DNA of 64,000 nt from Candidatus Obscuribacteraceae bacterium (GTDB lineage: Bacteria > Cyanobacteriota > Vampirovibrionia > Obscuribacterales > Obscuribacteraceae), in the NCBI GenBank assembly GCA_044229845.1, contig JBGASG010000005.1, positions 96,001 to 160,000 of the forward strand, written 5' to 3'. Shown piece after piece: positions 58,861 to 64,000 of this stretch. The notes below the pieces were generated by a model. The model searched no databases and was not told where the DNA came from. It saw only the letters and a program-made list of their open reading frames with translations. The position numbers and the translations under genes are program-made. How positions within the stretch are numbered: the stretch's first letter is position 1; each line of letters opens with the position of its first letter.

Positions 58861-60078
58861 ATGACGACTCAAACAGCCATCAGCCCTGAAATCGCCCGTC
58901 TGGCGCAGCGTCGGACCCGGGCTATGGGCGCCTCGCTGGCAGACGAACTGGCACGCGGCATAGCTCAGGAAGCTATCTTCTCCCTCGACCCGGACTTTGG
59001 GTTCATGGTCGATGAGGAAGATGCCTACAGCCAGAACGATGCTCTGATTTCGGCATTTGCCGTCAACGACCTAGTGATTAACGGCAACCGGTTTGATGTA
59101 CGCGTTATAGATGAAGAGAATCGCGTTTCGGTAAGTCGCGCCCTGATTGGTACCCGATATTTCCAGCGCGGCACCCTGGTGGTCCGCATGGAAAGCCCGT
59201 TGTCCGGCAGCATCGTCGGTTTTATCCCGGCAGCTGAATGGCAAAGACTGGACAAAGAAGCCAACGATCAACAAACCATTTATACGAAAGCCGCCTTCTC
59301 GTCTGCATTCGACCTGGCTAAGACCTTGCAAGACATCAGCGAGCAGCCGGCTCCGGCCCTGCAAAGCCCGCCCAAAGCTCCCGAAGCGTTCGAACTGGCT
59401 ACCTTCGTCGCCAACCGTATCGAACTGATTGCCGCTCGTCAGCGCCAGATCGTGGAAGGCACGCTGGCTCGCCCGGAAATCTGGCCGCAACTGGAGAATG
59501 TGGTGGCACACTGGTCGCGCGGACTGTTCCGCCGCGTCCTCTCCAGCGGTGCTGCCTGGAACCAGAGACTCGACCGCATCAGCGAAAAGCTGGGCGCCAA
59601 GTTCAACAAACTGAGCAAAGAAGATGTACGCACCCTGGCCGCCAAGATCGGCGAAGCGTTCGGCGGACAACCGGAATCGTCGGAGTTCCGTCAGGCACTG
59701 CTGGTGGTGCTGACTCGCGAAGAGCTGGCTCGCAGTCTGCCGGCGTCTCTCTTGCAGAAGGCTTCGGCCGCCGCCGAGAGCGTTCTTTCCGGACGCGCTG
59801 TTGCCGATGCCGTCAAGGACGTCTCTAAAAATCGCGTCGCTGTGGACGTCGCCGCCATCATCAAACGCGGTCGCCAGCAAATCTCCGGATTTGTGCAAGC
59901 CTCCGCAGAAGAACTGGCATCGGCTTACACGCAAATGGCTCTGCAACCGGTTTATTCGACGCACAGTCAGGACCCGCAAGCTGGCGTAGAAGCTATCAAC
60001 GAAGCGCTCACCATGCTGGAAGCCGCTGAGCTGGCCGAACGCATCGCCAAGCTGGATGCCGACCTCGCACAACTTTAA
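58861..60078 (+). CDS. Hypothetical protein with DUF1822-like N-terminal domain
   Basis: NDLVING.RFDVR...GTLVV....GSIVGFI pattern; GGAGAG RBS; the ORF is more certain than the domain call. Confidence 0.6.
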   Translation: MTTQTAISPEIARLAQRRTRAMGASLADELARGIAQEAIFSLDPDFGFMVDEEDAYSQNDALISAFAVNDLVINGNRFDVRVIDEENRVSVSRALIGTRYFQRGTLVVRMESPLSGSIVGFIPAAEWQRLDKEANDQQTIYTKAAFSSAFDLAKTLQDISEQPAPALQSPPKAPEAFELATFVANRIELIAARQRQIVEGTLARPEIWPQLENVVAHWSRGLFRRVLSSGAAWNQRLDRISEKLGAKFNKLSKEDVRTLAAKIGEAFGGQPESSEFRQALLVVLTREELARSLPASLLQKASAAAESVLSGRAVADAVKDVSKNRVAVDVAAIIKRGRQQISGFVQASAEELASAYTQMALQPVYSTHSQDPQAGVEAINEALTMLEAAELAERIAKLDADLAQL

Positions 60079-60105
60079 TTGCACGACCGAGAAAGCGAAT
60101 CGAGT

Positions 60106-60127
60106 AAGGCGGCGCCAGCCGCCTTTT
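60106..60127 (+). terminator. Intrinsic terminator
   Basis: AAGGCGGC/GCCGCCTT stem followed by T residues. Confidence 0.6.
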
Positions 60128-60196
60128 CGATTTAGTTGTCACAACTGCTCCCAATCGCCGCAATCTCAGCGATTGGTCGGTATACTAAGGAGTCGT

Positions 60197-60967
60197 ATGA
60201 ACTCACAAACAACAATTGGTTGCCCTGGATGCGGAGAGCGCAATGACGCCGGCATGGCGTTCTGCATTTTCTGCGGACGGGCCATGTCCGGAAAAGCCAG
60301 CGAGGCATTGCCTCAACCGAACGTGCACTCGCAGGCTCATCAACAACCCCAGCAGCAAGCGGCGCCGGCGCCCAATCCGACGGCCGGTCAAGCGCAACTG
60401 ATGACGGTAACTTGCTTGTCGTGCGGGCGCTCTGACCCGCTCAACAAAGAATTTTGCATTTATTGTGGTGCCAAAGCTGCCACCTCGGCGGTCCGCCAGG
60501 CGCAGGGGCTGAACACCTCCGGCGTGCGGATGCAAACCGCAATTAATTCGCTGGAGAGCGACATACGCCAGACCGGTACCGAGCCGGCCAAGCCGCCAAA
60601 TATGGTGTTGCCTGGCGTGCTGGGGGCTTTCTTGGGACTGGCGCTGGGCGGCGGTATTGCTTTTGCGGCCCATCCGACTCTGCAGGCGCAAATGGTGCAG
60701 AAGAACTGGAATCCCGGCGCTCTGGTTATTTACGCCAACAAATCAGCCCAGATCATGGTTAAGAGCGTCGATGAAAAGACCTTCCTGGCGGCAGAGACTG
60801 CTGCGGTGGGCGCCAGCGGTTTGAGCTCCATCAGCATGGACGATTTGCCAGCAGGCAATTATGAGGTTACCATCACAGGTCAGGGCGGCAAACCCTTAAA
60901 TGAGAAGGTGACCATCGAGTCGGGAAAACCGACTGTGCTGGGATATCCGACCGAATTGCAGCTGTAA
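60197..60967 (+). CDS. Double zinc-ribbon - TM - PEGA/carboxypeptidase-regulatory-like protein
   Basis: CPGC/CIFC, CLSC/CIYC; TM; LPAGNYEVTI; AAGGAG RBS. Confidence 0.8.
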   Translation: MNSQTTIGCPGCGERNDAGMAFCIFCGRAMSGKASEALPQPNVHSQAHQQPQQQAAPAPNPTAGQAQLMTVTCLSCGRSDPLNKEFCIYCGAKAATSAVRQAQGLNTSGVRMQTAINSLESDIRQTGTEPAKPPNMVLPGVLGAFLGLALGGGIAFAAHPTLQAQMVQKNWNPGALVIYANKSAQIMVKSVDEKTFLAAETAAVGASGLSSISMDDLPAGNYEVTITGQGGKPLNEKVTIESGKPTVLGYPTELQL

Positions 60968-61065
60968 AGGGATTAATACCTCTCCTGGTTTATCCGCAGT
61001 TGGCAAGGGAATGTTAAGGTGGCAGCCTCAGTACCAGTACCGGACTAACGACCAGAAGCGAGCGC

Positions 61066-62268
61066 ATGGAAACTGCCGACACAAAAATCATTCACTGCCC
61101 GACCTGCGGCATGCAGTATCGATATGGGGCCAAATTCTGCGGGCGTGATGGGACGCCGCTGAGCGACGAAAATTTACTGGCTGCCAATGCAACGCGCAAC
61201 AAGGTCTGCCCGGTTTGTCGCGTGCCCTATCCCGGCTATGCACAGTACTGCCCGCAAGACGCGAAAAAGCTGGTCGATGCTGACGATCCCAGTTTGCAAT
61301 CGGCTGTCGCGGGTGCTGCTGCCTCCGGTATGCACGCAGTCGAGAGTGCCTCCGAGCAGGTTATCGCCGACAAAACCAGCTTATGGACAGTTAAACAGGA
61401 CGACGAGGTCATCGGACGCACGCTGGCCGGCAAATATCGCATTGAGTCGCTGCTCGGCGAAGGCGGCATGGCCCAAGTATTCAAAGCCACGCACCTGGAC
61501 ATTGAAAAACCGGTCGTGATCAAAATCATGCACGCCAATTTGCCGGGCATGAAGAACGCTTACAAGCGATTTGAGCAGGAAAGCAAAGTCACCGCTAAGA
61601 TGAACCATCCGAACATCGTCTCGGTGTTCGATGGTGGCGTGCTCGATCAAAAACGTCCTTATCTGGTCATGGAATATATTGAAGGACAGTCACTGCGGTC
61701 GCGGCTGGGCGAAGGCGGAGTCGAAGGAACGCTGCCTTACGATCTGGCTCTCACAGTCTTGATTCAGATGTGCGCTGGACTGCAAGAAGCGCACAATTTC
61801 GAGGTTATTCACCGCGATCTCAAACCGGAAAATATCATGCTGCGCACGCAGCCTGATCGTCCGGACTGGGTGAAGATCGTCGACTTCGGTATCGCTCACT
61901 TGAAAGAGGGCGGGCAAAAGCTTACCGCCACCGGCGTTGCCGTCGGCACCGTCGATTACATGTCGCCCGAATACTTGAGCGACAAGCCGATCGATCACCG
62001 TGCCGATATTTACGCCATGGGCGTCATCCTCTACGAGATGATTACGGGGCGCTGCCCCTTTCAATCTGAAACTCCGGAAGCGGTCATGGCCAAGCACCTC
62101 TGGACGCCGCCGCCGGCGCCTTCCAAAGCCAGAGACGACATCAGACCCGGTTCGCTGCTCGACACTATCATTCTCAAATCCATGGCCAAAGAGCCGAACG
62201 AGCGCTATGCCAACGCTTCTGCCATGAAGAAAGAGCTGACGCAGGCGCTGCGCGAGTACGAGAAGTAG
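61066..62268 (+). CDS. Soluble Ser/Thr kinase with two N-terminal zinc ribbons
   Basis: CPTC..FCGRDG, CPVC..YCPQDA; GEGGMA, HRDLKPEN, DFG, YMSPE. Confidence 0.92.
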   Translation: METADTKIIHCPTCGMQYRYGAKFCGRDGTPLSDENLLAANATRNKVCPVCRVPYPGYAQYCPQDAKKLVDADDPSLQSAVAGAAASGMHAVESASEQVIADKTSLWTVKQDDEVIGRTLAGKYRIESLLGEGGMAQVFKATHLDIEKPVVIKIMHANLPGMKNAYKRFEQESKVTAKMNHPNIVSVFDGGVLDQKRPYLVMEYIEGQSLRSRLGEGGVEGTLPYDLALTVLIQMCAGLQEAHNFEVIHRDLKPENIMLRTQPDRPDWVKIVDFGIAHLKEGGQKLTATGVAVGTVDYMSPEYLSDKPIDHRADIYAMGVILYEMITGRCPFQSETPEAVMAKHLWTPPPAPSKARDDIRPGSLLDTIILKSMAKEPNERYANASAMKKELTQALREYEK

Positions 62269-62339
62269 ATTTTTGAATGGACTCTAGATTAGTCCCGGTT
62301 AGCTTGGCTTCTGCCTCTACCGGCTAACATAGGGCGTCT

Positions 62340-64000
62340 ATGCCATTTGCAATTGCCAGTAGTCACTCTGAAAGTGCGGCGCCGAAAACGGCGGCGTCTT
62401 CAGTTGCGACGCCGGCGCCGTCGAGCGTGCCTCTGCCGGTGGTGGCACTTGCGCTGCTGGCGCTTTTCTCTCTTAATCTGAGTGTCTATCAAGGCGCCCT
62501 GGGCATCGGGTTTTTCTGCGATGACTTTGTACACCTGGCTTTCTTCAAGCAGGTGAGCGATCAGCAGCACTGGATGGCTTTACTGGAATGTTTCTGGCAG
62601 CCGTACTTGGACGCAGCCCGGGAGCTATATTATCGACCGCTGATGGAGACCAGTATTGCGTTTGATTCGCTTGTCTGGCAGGCGCAGCCGTTTGGTTTTC
62701 ACCTCACTAACATCATGATTCACTCAGCGGTAGCATCTCTTTTGGCGTGGAACATCGCTCAATTGCTAGCCGTGGACGAGCCTCAGACGGGCTGCAGCAA
62801 GCGCATCTTGATTGCCTTGGTTTGCGCGTGCCTTTTTTCTGTCTATCCGCTCGCCAGTGAGAGCGTCATCTGGATGATCGGGCGAGTAGACAGTCTGTGC
62901 TCAATGTTTTACTTAGCGGCGCTCGGATGTTTTCAGCGTCACTGCAGCCGTGACTGGGCAGATTCACTTCATCTGGGATGGCGCAGCAGGTGGCTGAGCC
63001 CCTGGCTGATGTCGACTCTGATTTGTTTCGCTGCCGCACTATGCTGTAAGGAAATGGCGGTGACACTGCCCGTGGTGCTGACGCTCTACTGCTGTTTCTT
63101 TGCGCGCCGCTATTTGCGGCACAGTCTCTTATTATGGGTGGTGGTGGCGGCCTATCTGCTGGTGCGCACGACAGTGTTAGGCACGGTCATTGGCGGACCG
63201 GTGGCGGTGCGTTCGTTGCATGCGCCAATTTTGTCCCGCATTCTAGATCCCAATTGCTACTTTCGCCTTTTCGTTCCCGTGAAGGCCTCTTTAGAGTATT
63301 CGACGCTCTTCATGCGTTTGCTGACCGTGCTCTGGATTGGTCTGGCGGCACTTTTGCCCTGGCGCAAGCCCAGTCGCGCGATCGTATTTTGCTTTTTATG
63401 GTCGGTGATCTCGCTGGCGCCGGCGGTTCCAGTTTTCTACATTGGCGAGCAGATGGAGAACGGCCGTCTGGTTTATATGATGGCTGGACCTTTGCTCTCT
63501 GTGCTGGTCATTGCTTGCTTCCGCATGCGAACTAAAGCCGTGCTGTTTTTGCTCACTGCGCTGGGCTGCGCTTTTTCCGCCATAACTGTCTCTACCGTCG
63601 CAGTTTGGAAAGCTGCCGACGTCGAGTCTGATCGGTTCATCAATGAAGTCCGCAACCTGCAGCGACCCGGCTGCATCATCAACCCGCCACTCATTCACCA
63701 GGGCGCTTTCCAGTTTCTCACCGCTGCTTCCGTGCACCTGGCATTACAGCTGCTGCCCGAAGAAGAGTCGCGCCGAGCAATTTTGAATACTGCGTTTCTC
63801 GAGCCGCTGTTTGTCGCTAATAACTGCGGCGCGCTCAATATCACGGAGTTGCGAAACCGGCTCTGGCAGGGTGAAGACGTGTTCACCTGGAACGGCGAAC
63901 GGTTGGTGCACGTTGAGGAGATGCCCGAACTGCACCCGACACACCAGTCGGCTGAGATCGTTGCCCCGACGCCGATGCTGCCGCCTTACTGTCTGCCTGA
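62340..64000 (+). CDS. GT-C fold membrane glycosyltransferase (PMT/TMTC-like), truncated at window end
   Basis: Frame from ATG 62340 gives CDDF, YYRPL, GFHLTN, YPL.SESV.W..GR, CKE; absent from the ORF track, consistent with no stop in the window. Confidence 0.8.
   Translation, partial: MPFAIASSHSESAAPKTAASSVATPAPSSVPLPVVALALLALFSLNLSVYQGALGIGFFCDDFVHLAFFKQVSDQQHWMALLECFWQPYLDAARELYYRPLMETSIAFDSLVWQAQPFGFHLTNIMIHSAVASLLAWNIAQLLAVDEPQTGCSKRILIALVCACLFSVYPLASESVIWMIGRVDSLCSMFYLAALGCFQRHCSRDWADSLHLGWRSRWLSPWLMSTLICFAAALCCKEMAVTLPVVLTLYCCFFARRYLRHSLLLWVVVAAYLLVRTTVLGTVIGGPVAVRSLHAPILSRILDPNCYFRLFVPVKASLEYSTLFMRLLTVLWIGLAALLPWRKPSRAIVFCFLWSVISLAPAVPVFYIGEQMENGRLVYMMAGPLLSVLVIACFRMRTKAVLFLLTALGCAFSAITVSTVAVWKAADVESDRFINEVRNLQRPGCIINPPLIHQGAFQFLTAASVHLALQLLPEEESRRAILNTAFLEPLFVANNCGALNITELRNRLWQGEDVFTWNGERLVHVEEMPELHPTHQSAEIVAPTPMLPPYCLP

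Noticed and set aside
59071..60084. 337-aa minus-strand ORF
   Set aside because: Antisense shadow of 58861-60078
1..64000. Cyanobacterial HIP1 (GCGATCGC) enrichment
   Set aside because: Only occasional copies noticed by eye and no obvious enrichment; not counted exhaustively

Overview
Gene-dense bacterial chromosomal window of moderately high GC. The gene content (minCDE-rodA, recO-glyA-wecA-like, an LptD-like protein, many Ser/Thr kinases, TonB-C and LRR proteins, no photosynthesis genes) suggests a non-photosynthetic cyanobacterial relative (Melainabacteria/Vampirovibrionia, Obscuribacterales-like); this is inference, not a database result. Recognisable housekeeping or metabolic genes include rodA, minCDE, meaB, nagA, a ROK kinase, selD-yedF, recO, glyA, malic enzyme, cydAB and an Fe/Mn SOD. 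I found no rRNA, tRNA, CRISPR array, transposase or integrase. The most unusual items are: (1) a sigma-70-like protein fused to three ComEA-type helix-hairpin-helix modules, paired with a DUF1822-like partner inside a protease/J-domain/LRR/kinase signalling cluster (52.4-64 kb); (2) five tandem paralogs of an unnamed membrane-protein family opposite TolC (2.2-5.8 kb); (3) two structured non-coding elements, a duplicated 52-bp palindrome plus long hairpin at 34.7-34.9 kb and a 147-bp inverted-repeat-bounded element at 48.25-48.4 kb; (4) cydA and cydB split by an antisense TonB-C gene. All domain calls come from reading motifs by eye.
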